A stretch of 64,000 nt of DNA, taken from IMG/VR virus record IMGVR_UViG_2558309062_000001, positions 1 to 64,000 of that record, one strand, 5' to 3'. The notes under the pieces are model-generated. The model was not told the DNA's origin and did no database searches. It saw nothing but the letters and a program-made list of their open reading frames with translations. The position numbers and the translations under genes are program-made. Below are positions 8,347 through 16,431 of the stretch, one piece after another; the first letter of the stretch is position 1, and the number at the start of each line of letters is the position of its first letter. This stretch comes from a virus (lineage: Duplodnaviria > Caudoviricetes).

Positions 8347-8550
8347 TCACTGCTGGGTGCGCAGCTCGTTGCGGGGCACCCATCCGCCGGCAGTCTTCAC
8401 CAGACAGCCGACATATGGGGCGAATCTGGTCTGTCGCTCAGTCTGGTAGCCGTACCATTGGCAGGTGCCCCAGTTGACTGCGGCAGCCACGACCAGCCCG
8501 GCCAGGGCGACAGTTGCAACTGCCGCCAGACCGAAGTGCTTGCGTTTCAC
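8347..8550 (-). CDS. Small membrane-anchored protein
   Basis: N-terminal hydrophobic helix, two Cys; GTGA coupling to the terB-like gene. Confidence 0.65.
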   Translation of the reverse strand: MKRKHFGLAAVATVALAGLVVAAAVNWGTCQWYGYQTERQTRFAPYVGCLVKTAGGWVPRNELRTQQ

Positions 8551-8984
8551 ACCTCGATCCCGAAGTCTTTCAGGCGCAGGCCGAGCTGGTTGCCGATTTC
8601 GGCCAGGACGCGCAGCTCTTCAGGGCTGATGTTCCCGTCGCCTTCCGCGACGGTGATCATGTTGACGAACACCTCCTCAGCGTCGAGCGGGTTGTTCTTG
8701 ATGTCCGCGATTTCGCGCATGATGTTCATGCGGCCCAGGCGGAAGCCTGCCTGCAGCTGTTCGGTGAACAGGTTCACCGTGTTGGTGATCTCTTGGCCGA
8801 AGTGCTCGAGGTTCTTGTTCGCCCGGATCTGGATGTCGATCTGGGCTGCTTCGTTCTTGCTGATCTCGCCATCCGCCGCCGCGACCAGCAAGCAGCCGCC
8901 GACGATGGCCTGCATCAGGTCGCGATTCTCCAGCTTCTTGACTGCGCGCTTGGCGCCGAACAGCTTCTTTCCGATACCGAACAT
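8547..8984 (-). CDS. TerB-family protein, first gene of the pL operon
   Basis: LLVAAADGEISKNE and ITVAEGDGNISPEELRVL repeats. Confidence 0.85.
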   Translation of the reverse strand: MFGIGKKLFGAKRAVKKLENRDLMQAIVGGCLLVAAADGEISKNEAAQIDIQIRANKNLEHFGQEITNTVNLFTEQLQAGFRLGRMNIMREIADIKNNPLDAEEVFVNMITVAEGDGNISPEELRVLAEIGNQLGLRLKDFGIEV

Positions 8985-8998
8985 GGGTGTTTCCTCTG

Positions 8999-9228
8999 GT
9001 TGATTTCCCAGCAGCCACTCGTGGGAATGGCTGCGAGTGAAATCTGCCGCGACCCGCAACTGGCGTCGGTTGCACGGCAATCTTCTGGTTGTTCCTCCAG
9101 CCGCGGCACTCACCCGCTGGATAACTGCATTGGCGCTTTACGCTGCACGCCCGGGTCAGTTGCCAACCCTCTGGACCGTTTAGGCCTGTCCATCGCTGCC
9201 TTGCTGCTGGCCGGTGTCGATCCGGCAT
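8999..9228 (-). ncRNA. Structured pL leader RNA of prophage 1 (chain of hairpins)
   Basis: Non-coding; several stems share loops and compensatory changes with the pL leader of prophage 2. Confidence 0.55.
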
Positions 9229-9234
9229 GAGCAA

Positions 9235-9276
9235 AATATAAGTACGCTTATCTTTTGTGTCAATAAGCGTGCTTAT
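9235..9276 (-). promoter_or_regulatory. pL promoter with two CI operators (OL)
   Basis: TTGACA (9263-9258), 17 bp, TATATT (9240-9235); ATAAG-N4-CTTAT at 9238..9251 and 9263..9276. Confidence 0.85.
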
Positions 9277-9295
9277 AATTTTTCTGATAGGCATG

Positions 9296-9318
9296 AAAAA
9301 GCCCGCTCGAGGCGGGCC
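9296..9318 (-). terminator. Intrinsic terminator after cI
   Basis: GCCCGC stem followed by a T5 tract on the minus strand. Confidence 0.75.
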
Positions 9319-9336
9319 ATTAGGAGGCGGCTAGGC

Positions 9337-10080
9337 TTACTTTCGGCGAGGCGATCGGCGCACGGTTGACCACCAGAAGACACGGCCGAGCATATGGACC
9401 TCTTCTTGCCACTGCTCTGCAGTCATTACTTCGTCCGGGTACTCGTCGCCGTTTTCGCTGCTGATACGCACGGCTCCTTGGGGCAGGCGGTACAGGTACT
9501 TAGTGCGGAGCATGCCCCCGTGGTTGAAGGCATAAATCTCACCGTCGATGATCGACGTGTCGCTCATGTCAAAGCCAATAGCGGCGCCATCCAGGATCAA
9601 GCGTTCCATGCTTCTTCCCTTTACTCTGGCTACTGCAGCGCACTTCTTGTCTACGCCAGCAGCACGAAGGGTGGCGCAGCTGAACCGTAGCTTGCGTCCA
9701 GCAACCTCAACTACTTCCGTCATTCCGTTGCCACCTGCGAACTCTACTTCGGCGAAGTAGGGCACTTCACAATCGTCTTCATCAAGCGGATCGCCATCGT
9801 CCCAGGCAGACAGCTCGCCAAGCAGTTCAAGCTCATGAGCGATTGCTTGGTTGGCTGGTTGTGCCTGGTCCTGATCCATTGCCCCTACGCCCTCGGACAG
9901 CCACAGAGGGCTTACCCGGCATATCTGGGCAATCTTCGTCAAATGGACGCTCCGGAGGTTCTTTCCCGTCTCCAGTTGAGAGATGACGGGCTGCTCCACA
10001 CCAACCTTTTCGGCAAGTGAGCGCTGTGTCAGCTGCGCGTGCTTGCGAGCTGCCTTGATTCGGTCTGCGAGGGTATCCAT
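9337..10080 (-). CDS. cI: CI repressor (HTH plus S24 autopeptidase), probably from a leaderless mRNA
   Basis: LTQRSLAEKVGVEQPVISQLETG; AG cleavage site; GRSM serine; TAGATT -10 seven nt before ATG. Confidence 0.93.
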   Translation of the reverse strand: MDTLADRIKAARKHAQLTQRSLAEKVGVEQPVISQLETGKNLRSVHLTKIAQICRVSPLWLSEGVGAMDQDQAQPANQAIAHELELLGELSAWDDGDPLDEDDCEVPYFAEVEFAGGNGMTEVVEVAGRKLRFSCATLRAAGVDKKCAAVARVKGRSMERLILDGAAIGFDMSDTSIIDGEIYAFNHGGMLRTKYLYRLPQGAVRISSENGDEYPDEVMTAEQWQEEVHMLGRVFWWSTVRRSPRRK

Positions 10081-10087
10081 GCCCGGG

Positions 10088-10153
10088 AATCTATAAGGCA
10101 ACTTATAGGCTTGCAAATAAGGCTCCTTATTCTTAGAGTATAAGCACGCTTAT
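10088..10153. promoter_or_regulatory. OR region: three operators, pR and pRM
   Basis: ATAAG-N4-CTTAT at 10093, 10117 and 10140; TTGCAA 10111..10116 with -10 TAGAGT (+) and TAGATT (-). Confidence 0.85.
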
Positions 10154-10167
10154 CAGGAGTTAAATCC

Positions 10168-10377
10168 ATGACCCCCATCGAAAAGCTCGTCGATTTCTTT
10201 GGCGGGCAAGCGAAGACAGCCGCGGCTCTTGGCGTGAGCCAGGCCGCCGTCTCGTACTGGTCCACCGGCGCTCACACCATGAGCGCAAAGCGGGCGTTCC
10301 TTGCCGAGGAGCTGACATCAGGTGCGGTTACGGCGAAGGAGCTTTGCCAACCGGTGAAGAGCGAGTCGGCTGCATGA
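10168..10377 (+). CDS. cro: Cro-like repressor
   Basis: FGGQAKTAAALGVSQAAVSYW; divergent from cI; AGGAG SD. Confidence 0.9.
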   Translation: MTPIEKLVDFFGGQAKTAAALGVSQAAVSYWSTGAHTMSAKRAFLAEELTSGAVTAKELCQPVKSESAA

Positions 10378-10428
10378 CGAGATGAATTATGCGTGACCTG
10401 GCTTTGCGCCAGTAGTGAGACCGTCCTG

Positions 10429-10444
10429 CTGTTCATCCGTCCAG
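10429..10444. promoter_or_regulatory. LexA-box-like site
   Basis: CTG-TTCATCCGTC-CAG in the intergenic region after cro; spacer is not AT-rich. Confidence 0.35.
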
Positions 10445-10462
10445 TACCTGAATCGCAGGCAT

Positions 10463-10491
10463 AAAAAAACCGGGTGGCAGCCCGGCTTCTT
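10463..10491. terminator. Bidirectional-type terminator hairpin
   Basis: A7-CCGGG...CCCGG-CTTCTT. Confidence 0.6.
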
Positions 10492-10516
10492 CAACAGCTT
10501 CAAAACGAGGTCGATT

Positions 10517-10705
10517 ATGCACTCTGCAATGGATGCAAGCAACACCGCACCCTTGGCCGTTTCGCACCAGAAAGCCTACCACCAGTCCGCCGCACTCCAT
10601 GCCGCGCGAATGATTCGCTTCCAGTACGCAGCCATCTCGAAAGCCGCGCTCCGTCGTGAGTGCGTCGAGCATCTGCGGGCATCGCTGTGCGGGGGTGGGG
10701 CATGA
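10517..10705 (+). CDS. Small hypothetical protein upstream of the replication gene
   Basis: GAGG SD; ATGA coupling to the next gene. Confidence 0.6.
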   Translation: MHSAMDASNTAPLAVSHQKAYHQSAALHAARMIRFQYAAISKAALRRECVEHLRASLCGGGA

Positions 10706-11493
10706 GCATCGTCACCCCAATCCAATCGAAAAGCGGATTCACCCGAATGGACAACGACCTGTACGAGGCCCTGATCGGGGCTGAGCTGTCAGGCCGCGAG
10801 CTTCGTGTCGCCCTGGCAATCCATCGCCAAACCGCTGGTTACAACCTTGAGAGCGCCTGCATTGCGGCGTCGTACATCGCTGAGATGTCCGGCATTCGCC
10901 GCGAGGACGTGTCCCGTGCCATCTGCGAGCTGATCCGCCAGGGTGTGATTTACCGGGATGGCGGTAGTCGTAGCCCAATCGGTTTTGCCCCGGTCGGCGA
11001 GTGGAAGATCGACAAGAAAAACACTCATCCGAACAAGCCAAAAGAAGTGCCACAGTGTGGCGTTTCCAACACGTCCAATGTGGCGTTTCTACCACACAAT
11101 AAAGAAATAAATACAAATACTACTCCTGACGGAGTAGTCGTCGACGCCGAGCGTCAACCAGCCCAAGCGAAACCGGCTCGGCAAAAGCCAGCGATGGAAG
11201 CCTGCCCGTACCAGGACATTGTCGACCTGTATCACAAGGCACTGCCTGAACTCCCAGCCGTGGCCATCCTGAACGACGGCCGCAAGCGTGCCCTGCAGGC
11301 GCGTTGGCGTGAGAGCGAGGTCCATCGTGACCTTGGGTTCTGGGCTGACTACTTCTGCCAGGTCAAGGCCTCCCAGTTCCTGATGGGCCAGGTTCCTGGT
11401 CGCAACGGCTCCAAGCCTTTCCGCGCCACCTTCGACTGGCTGATCGCCCCATCCAACTTCGTCAAGGTGGTGGAGGGCAATTACCATGCGTGA
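10702..11493 (+). CDS. Replication initiator, lambda O family
   Basis: GFTRMDNDLYEAL...LSGRELRVALAI.RQTAGYN; C-terminal ATFDWLI...KVVEGNY. Confidence 0.9.
   Translation: MSIVTPIQSKSGFTRMDNDLYEALIGAELSGRELRVALAIHRQTAGYNLESACIAASYIAEMSGIRREDVSRAICELIRQGVIYRDGGSRSPIGFAPVGEWKIDKKNTHPNKPKEVPQCGVSNTSNVAFLPHNKEINTNTTPDGVVVDAERQPAQAKPARQKPAMEACPYQDIVDLYHKALPELPAVAILNDGRKRALQARWRESEVHRDLGFWADYFCQVKASQFLMGQVPGRNGSKPFRATFDWLIAPSNFVKVVEGNYHA
11056..11120 (+). other. Putative replication origin inside the O gene
   Basis: TGTGGCGTTTC repeated at 11056 and 11079, followed by an A-rich tract. Confidence 0.55.
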
Positions 11494-12868
11494 GCCCTAC
11501 AACGCCGAAGCCGAGCACGGCCTGCTGGGTGCCATGCTCCAGCGTCCGGAGCTGATCGACACTCTGTCCGACGACCTGTCGCCTGAGTCGTTCTACTTCG
11601 CCGAGAACGCTGAGGTGTTCCGCGGGATCATGGCACTGCGCGCTGCTGGCAAGGCCGTTGATCTGCTTACCGTCGCCGATCACATCGGCATGCTCGACAA
11701 CGGCGACAAGGCCTTAGGTCACTGCGCCTCCCTGGTCGCCAACACCCCCAGCGTGGCCAATGCCGGCACCTATGCTGGCATCGTTCGTGAACGAGCCATC
11801 GAGCGCGCCCTGTACGACCTGAGCGACAAGACCCTGGAGATCGTCCAAGGCGGCGGGAACATCCAGGACAAGATCGCAGCGGTACAGGCCGCCGCCATGG
11901 CCATTGACGCCGGCTGCGATGGCGAAGAGGTCGTGAAGGCTGCTGACCTGATGGCTGATCAGCTCGAGGTTTGGCAGGAACGTCACGATCGCCTGTCACG
12001 CGGCGAAACGCTGATTGGTCTATCCACCGGTTTGGCCGACCTCGATGGGAAGCTGGGCGGCCTGCAGCCAGAGCAGCTGATCATCGTCGCTGGCCGCCCT
12101 GCTATGGGCAAGACCACCCTAGCCATGGGCTTCGTGCTGGACGCCGTGGTGCGGCAGAAGAAGTCCGGCCTAGTGGTTAGCCTTGAGATGAGCAAGGGGC
12201 AGCTGTTGGACCGGGCCGTGGCTGCGGAGGGCAAAGTCCCGCTCAACCTGATCAAGAACGGTTCGGCCTGCGAGTCGCACGGTGCCGAACTCTGCGCAGC
12301 AGCAGCCAAGTTGAAGCGCGCCAATCTGTTCATCGCCGACAGAGCCGGCGCCACTGTTGGGCGAATCCGCTCCCTGGCCCGTCGTCACAAGATGCGCTAC
12401 GGCCTCGACATCCTGATGATCGACTACCTCCAGCTGATGGATGGCGATGGCGGCAACCGCACCGAGGAAATCAGCGGCATCAGCCGTGGCTGCAAGCTTC
12501 TGGCCCGTGAGCTGGGCATTCCGGTCGTGCTGCTGAGCCAGTTGTCCCGCAAGTGCGAAGAGCGCCCGAACAAGCGTCCGGTGCCGTCCGATCTGCGTGA
12601 GTCGGGGGCCATCGAGCAGGATGCCGACGTGATCCTGTTCGTGTACCGCGACGAGGTCTACCACGAAAACAGTGAATACAAGGGCGTGGCCGAGATCATC
12701 GTCGGCAAGGGTCGCGACATCGAGACCGGCACCGTCAGAGCGGCCTTCCTGGGCCAGTACAACCGCTTCGAGAACCTGTCCGCCAGCTGGCAACCGCCTG
12801 TGAAGACGCCGCCGGCGAATGACAGGCCGCTGGCGGCGCGCTATCGCCAGAAGGAGGCCCATGCATGA
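11486..12868 (+). CDS. dnaB: Replicative DNA helicase, DnaB family
   Basis: GRPAMGKT, IDYLQL, LSQLSR, SDLRESGAIEQDAD. Confidence 0.96.
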   Translation: MREPYNAEAEHGLLGAMLQRPELIDTLSDDLSPESFYFAENAEVFRGIMALRAAGKAVDLLTVADHIGMLDNGDKALGHCASLVANTPSVANAGTYAGIVRERAIERALYDLSDKTLEIVQGGGNIQDKIAAVQAAAMAIDAGCDGEEVVKAADLMADQLEVWQERHDRLSRGETLIGLSTGLADLDGKLGGLQPEQLIIVAGRPAMGKTTLAMGFVLDAVVRQKKSGLVVSLEMSKGQLLDRAVAAEGKVPLNLIKNGSACESHGAELCAAAAKLKRANLFIADRAGATVGRIRSLARRHKMRYGLDILMIDYLQLMDGDGGNRTEEISGISRGCKLLARELGIPVVLLSQLSRKCEERPNKRPVPSDLRESGAIEQDADVILFVYRDEVYHENSEYKGVAEIIVGKGRDIETGTVRAAFLGQYNRFENLSASWQPPVKTPPANDRPLAARYRQKEAHA

Positions 12869-13074
12869 GCACGCTGCTCGCCCCCAACCCCGCCGAGTAC
12901 CGCTACGCGCTCTACTGCCGAAGCGACCTTCTCGACCTTTCCTACGGTCCACGACCGCCTGTGGCCCTGTATCACGAGGAAGCCGTCGCTATCGCCCACG
13001 GCTCTCGGATGTGGCCAGGCGCTTTCACCGTCATCGATCTGCAAGGAGGCGACCCATGCGCCAATCCAAACTGA
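12865..13074 (+). CDS. Small hypothetical protein
   Basis: ATGA coupling to dnaB. Confidence 0.6.
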   Translation: MSTLLAPNPAEYRYALYCRSDLLDLSYGPRPPVALYHEEAVAIAHGSRMWPGAFTVIDLQGGDPCANPN

Positions 13075-13352
13075 CCAAAGCCGCCCGGGGCCGAGACTGC
13101 CAGGTGCGCATCCCTGGTGTGTGCAACGGCAATCCCGAAACCACCGTCCTGGCCCACTACCGCATGGGCGGCACCTGTGGCGTTGGCTTTAAGCCGAACG
13201 ACCTGCAGGGCGCCTGGGCGTGCAGCGCGTGCCACGATGCCTGCGATGGCCGTAGCCGCGTCGTTGACCGCGACACCGCCCGCCATTACCACGCCGAGGG
13301 CGTCATGCGCACCCAGGCCATTCTGGTTCGCGAGGGGGTGTTGGTCGCATGA
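13056..13352 (+). CDS. DUF1364 (YbcO-like) nuclease-fold protein
   Basis: SKLTKAARGRDCQVRIPGVCNGNPETTVLAHYR...ACSACHD. Confidence 0.88.
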   Translation: MRQSKLTKAARGRDCQVRIPGVCNGNPETTVLAHYRMGGTCGVGFKPNDLQGAWACSACHDACDGRSRVVDRDTARHYHAEGVMRTQAILVREGVLVA

Positions 13353-13519
13353 GCAGGTCGATCTTTTTCACGCTGATGTGCGTACTCGTCGTTGGGCTGT
13401 TTGCTGCCCTTTGCCAAGCAGGAGTCGGCCCGCGCGATTCGACCGCATCCTTTTGGACGATTGTGGCAATTGCTGATGCGATGGGCCTCGTCGGCTATCT
13501 GTGGGGGAGCGAGCTATGA
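13349..13519 (+). CDS. 56-aa protein with two hydrophobic helices, absent from the ORF track
   Basis: MSRSIFFTLMCVLVVGLFAALC...FWTIVAIADAMGLVGYLW; ATGA overlaps at both ends. Confidence 0.6.
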   Translation: MSRSIFFTLMCVLVVGLFAALCQAGVGPRDSTASFWTIVAIADAMGLVGYLWGSEL

Positions 13520-13944
13520 GCGCTCCCGCCCTTCGCCCGTTCAAGGCCAAGCCGGCTCGCGCCAAGCCCATCGACCGTGAGGGCCAGGAGCAGGCTGCGT
13601 TGATGCGGGAAATCCAGCTGCGCCACCCCGATGTGTACGAGCTGATCTATCACGTCCCGAACGGTGGGCACCGCGTGAAAGCGGTTGCCGCGAAGCTCAA
13701 GGCCCAGGGCGTTAAGGCCGGTATTCCCGACTTGGTGCTGCGGATGGCGCGCGGCGGGTACTTCGGCCTGTACATCGAGTTCAAGGCGACGATTGACCCG
13801 GCGCCCGTTTCGTCCAGCCAGCAGGCCTGCATCAAGCGCCTGAACGCCCAGGGCTACTTGGCCGTGGTGTGTCGCGGGCACTTCGATGCCATGGAGTGCC
13901 TGCGGGCGTATCTGGCCCTGCCAAAAACGGAGGTTGCCGCGTGA
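13516..13944 (+). CDS. VRR-NUC nuclease (putative Holliday junction resolvase)
   Basis: HVPNGG...GVKAGIPDL...LYIEFK...QQ. Confidence 0.88.
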   Translation: MSAPALRPFKAKPARAKPIDREGQEQAALMREIQLRHPDVYELIYHVPNGGHRVKAVAAKLKAQGVKAGIPDLVLRMARGGYFGLYIEFKATIDPAPVSSSQQACIKRLNAQGYLAVVCRGHFDAMECLRAYLALPKTEVAA

Positions 13945-15242
13945 GCAAAACCCTACTGACTACCTTTTCCGACGCCGAAATCAAGCGGCAGGCTTCGGCC
14001 GGCATCGCTCGCGACCTGCGGGATGCGCGCTTTCCCGGCGTGTACTTCCGGTTCGGCCAGCGCCGCGAGCGCGGCACCTGGTACCTTGTCACGGGGTCCA
14101 AATGGAGCAAGATCGCCGGTTATCCTGAATTGCCAGTGAAGAACCTGATCAGCGCCTTGCCCGGCATCCGCGAGCGCTTGGCCGTCGATCCCGAAGCATC
14201 GACTGCCGCTGGCACCCTGCACACCGTGGGGCAAGTGCTTGATTGGTTTGCTGAGCGCCACGCTCGTGACCGCAGTCTGTCGGCCAAGCGCAAAGCCACC
14301 GCCGCCTCGGCGATCAGCTGCCACCTGAAGCCGCGCCTGGAGGGCCTGGCCGTGGCCGAGGTGTCCCGCTCGACACTGGACAAGTTGCTGATGTGGCCGG
14401 CCCAAGCCGAGGTGTCGCTTTCCTATGTGCGCCTGATGTGGGGCGTTCTGGTTGTGGCCTTTCGCCAGGCCGCCAAGCTGCGACTGATCACCAACAATCC
14501 GATCGCAGGCTTCAAGTTCACCGACTTCACCACTGCCCGGGTGGTGCCCAAGGCCGCCCGGCTGCGCGCGGTCCAGCTGGAAGAGGTGCTCGAGCAGTTG
14601 CGCACACGGTTCGATGAGTCACCCGTGGACTGCACCCTGGCGTTGCTGATGCTGTGCCACGGCACGCGGGTCGGCGAAACCCGGCAGGCGCGCTGGGCTC
14701 ACCTGACCCAAGGCGCTCAAGCCGAGTGGTTCATTCCGGCCGAGAACACCAAAACCCGCTGCGAGCACCGGCTCCCGCTGACTCGTCAGGCCCTGGCGTT
14801 GCTGGAGCGGTATCGGGCCTGGCAGCAGGGCAGGGGCTACCAGGGCGCGTTCATCTTCCCGGCCAAGAACGGTCGGCCCATGACCGAGAGCCAGGCCTGT
14901 GCCGTGTTCACCCGCTTGGGCCAGGGCGAATGGACCAGCCACGACCTGCGCAAGGTGGCCCGTACTGGGTGGACTGACCTCGGAGTGGACTACCTCATCG
15001 GCGAGATGCTGGTTAACCACACCCTGACCCGCAACGTGCAGACCTACATCCACACCTCCGCCGAGCAGCTGAAGCGTGATGCCCTGGAGAAGTGGCACGC
15101 GTGGCTTGATAGCAAGGGCTTCGCCGCCATTCACGGCTCGACAGAGGCAGGAATCGCAATTTCGCATATTACTCCCGAGGCCAATGGCGGCGCCGCCTGC
15201 GCGGCAAATTCGGAATCCGTAAAAAGCGAGGATTCGAAATGA
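13941..15242 (+). CDS. Second tyrosine recombinase with N-terminal arm-binding-like domain
   Basis: HGTRVGE (R), NTKT (K), SHDLRK (HxxR), LVNH (H), QTY (Y); coupled to both neighbours. Confidence 0.88.
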   Translation: MSKTLLTTFSDAEIKRQASAGIARDLRDARFPGVYFRFGQRRERGTWYLVTGSKWSKIAGYPELPVKNLISALPGIRERLAVDPEASTAAGTLHTVGQVLDWFAERHARDRSLSAKRKATAASAISCHLKPRLEGLAVAEVSRSTLDKLLMWPAQAEVSLSYVRLMWGVLVVAFRQAAKLRLITNNPIAGFKFTDFTTARVVPKAARLRAVQLEEVLEQLRTRFDESPVDCTLALLMLCHGTRVGETRQARWAHLTQGAQAEWFIPAENTKTRCEHRLPLTRQALALLERYRAWQQGRGYQGAFIFPAKNGRPMTESQACAVFTRLGQGEWTSHDLRKVARTGWTDLGVDYLIGEMLVNHTLTRNVQTYIHTSAEQLKRDALEKWHAWLDSKGFAAIHGSTEAGIAISHITPEANGGAACAANSESVKSEDSK

Positions 15243-15574
15243 CAGGGAAGCGCCATGGGCCTGCCTTCCGGCGTGAGCTCAAGTTCATCATCGAGTGCAG
15301 CACCTGCTGCGGAAAAGGCATTTACACCGGCCTGTTTCACCAGATGGATTGCCCTCAGTGCCTGGGGTCGGGCTGGGTTTGCGGGCACTCACTGAAGCCT
15401 CTTGCGGCAAGCGACATCGTTCCGGTGCTCAATAGTCGTCTCAAGGACGCCCTGGCTGAAATTGCAAAGGCCAGGCAGCTGCTTGGGGCGGGCAGTTCGG
15501 GCCAGGGACCAGAGCAGCAGTATCACGAAAACAACCGCCGCGGCGCCGGCGGCACGAACTACACCGGGGATTGA
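15239..15574 (+). CDS. Zn-finger protein (two CxxCxGxG repeats)
   Basis: CSTCCGKG and CPQCLGSG. Confidence 0.75.
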   Translation: MTGKRHGPAFRRELKFIIECSTCCGKGIYTGLFHQMDCPQCLGSGWVCGHSLKPLAASDIVPVLNSRLKDALAEIAKARQLLGAGSSGQGPEQQYHENNRRGAGGTNYTGD

Positions 15575-15584
15575 GGGGAAAGGA

Positions 15585-16271
15585 ATGGTCTACAACAGCG
15601 TATCGGGTGCAGTGGTGGCCGCTCTGGCGGCTGGGGAGAAGGGCGCTGCGAAGGGGCAGGCCTGGCAGAAACTTTACAAGGCGGCAGAGGAGGAGGGTGG
15701 TTGCCTGGCTTCGCTCGGCGGGCAGTCGGGTGGTTTTGATCGCGCCCAGGTGGACTACTGGCTATCCGCCCGGCTGCACCATTTGTTGATCCCCCGGCAC
15801 TGGCAGGCGTTGAATGCGAAGTACGCCACCAACAAGGGGAAGAAGCTGCAGGGCATCTCGGCCATCGCGCCACTGATCGCCAGCCCAGCACCGCAGCTGT
15901 TCATCTACAAGGCAGTCACCGCCTGGGCTGTACCGAAGCTGAAGGGGGCTCGCCGGAAAGGGCCGCGCACCGTGTCAGTGGACATTCCGCTGGACGCACC
16001 GGAGTGGCGTCGTAACAACCTGGTCGATGCTGCGCTGGCGGCTGGTCAGTCTGAGCGGAAGAAGGCCGAGGCGCTTGCCGAAGACCTGATCGTCCTGCCC
16101 GACAGCTTCTACGACATGAACACCTGGGATCTGGACGGCACGCCGGAGCCAACCCGCTACCGCTGGCGATCCGGGATCAAGGAGAAGCTGGACGGGATGG
16201 TTGATGATGCGCTGATTGAAGTGCGGGCGATCTTGGAGGCCGAGGGATTACTCATCAAAGAAGCAGCGTAA
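15585..16271 (+). CDS. Putative late-gene antiterminator (Q position)
   Basis: Last gene before the late promoter and terminators; C-terminal ERTxxRW-like HTH (PEPTRYRWR). Confidence 0.6.
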   Translation: MVYNSVSGAVVAALAAGEKGAAKGQAWQKLYKAAEEEGGCLASLGGQSGGFDRAQVDYWLSARLHHLLIPRHWQALNAKYATNKGKKLQGISAIAPLIASPAPQLFIYKAVTAWAVPKLKGARRKGPRTVSVDIPLDAPEWRRNNLVDAALAAGQSERKKAEALAEDLIVLPDSFYDMNTWDLDGTPEPTRYRWRSGIKEKLDGMVDDALIEVRAILEAEGLLIKEAA

Positions 16272-16278
16272 TTGCCTG

Positions 16279-16307
16279 TTGACATCGGTGAGAGAGTGAG
16301 AGAAATT
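16279..16307 (+). promoter_or_regulatory. Late promoter (pR'-like)
   Basis: TTGACA, 17 bp, GAAATT immediately after the Q-like gene. Confidence 0.6.
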
Positions 16308-16350
16308 ATCGCCATCCTGTCATTCCTGCGCGTGTTGAGGACTGACCAAC

Positions 16351-16414
16351 AAAAGCCCGGCCATTGAGTCGGGCTTTGTCGTTTCTGAGCCCTGGCGATT
16401 GCCGGGGCTTTTTC
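16351..16414 (+). terminator. Two tandem terminator hairpins (tR'-like)
   Basis: AGCCCGGC/GTCGGGCT-TTG and GCCCTGGC/GCCGGGGC-TTTTT. Confidence 0.75.
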
Positions 16415-16431
16415 ATTTATGGAGCAAACAG

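Noticed and set aside
8547-8984. Tellurite resistance locus
   Set aside because: Only a TerB-fold gene; terC, terD and terZ are absent
9129-9228. Known self-cleaving ribozyme or lambda boxA/boxB
   Set aside because: I could not find hammerhead, twister, pistol or HDV core motifs, nor GCTCTTTA boxA; kept only as an unassigned structured RNA
13941-15242. Nested satellite or integrative element defined by the second recombinase
   Set aside because: Start and stop overlap phage genes on both sides; no flanking direct repeats or compositional break seen
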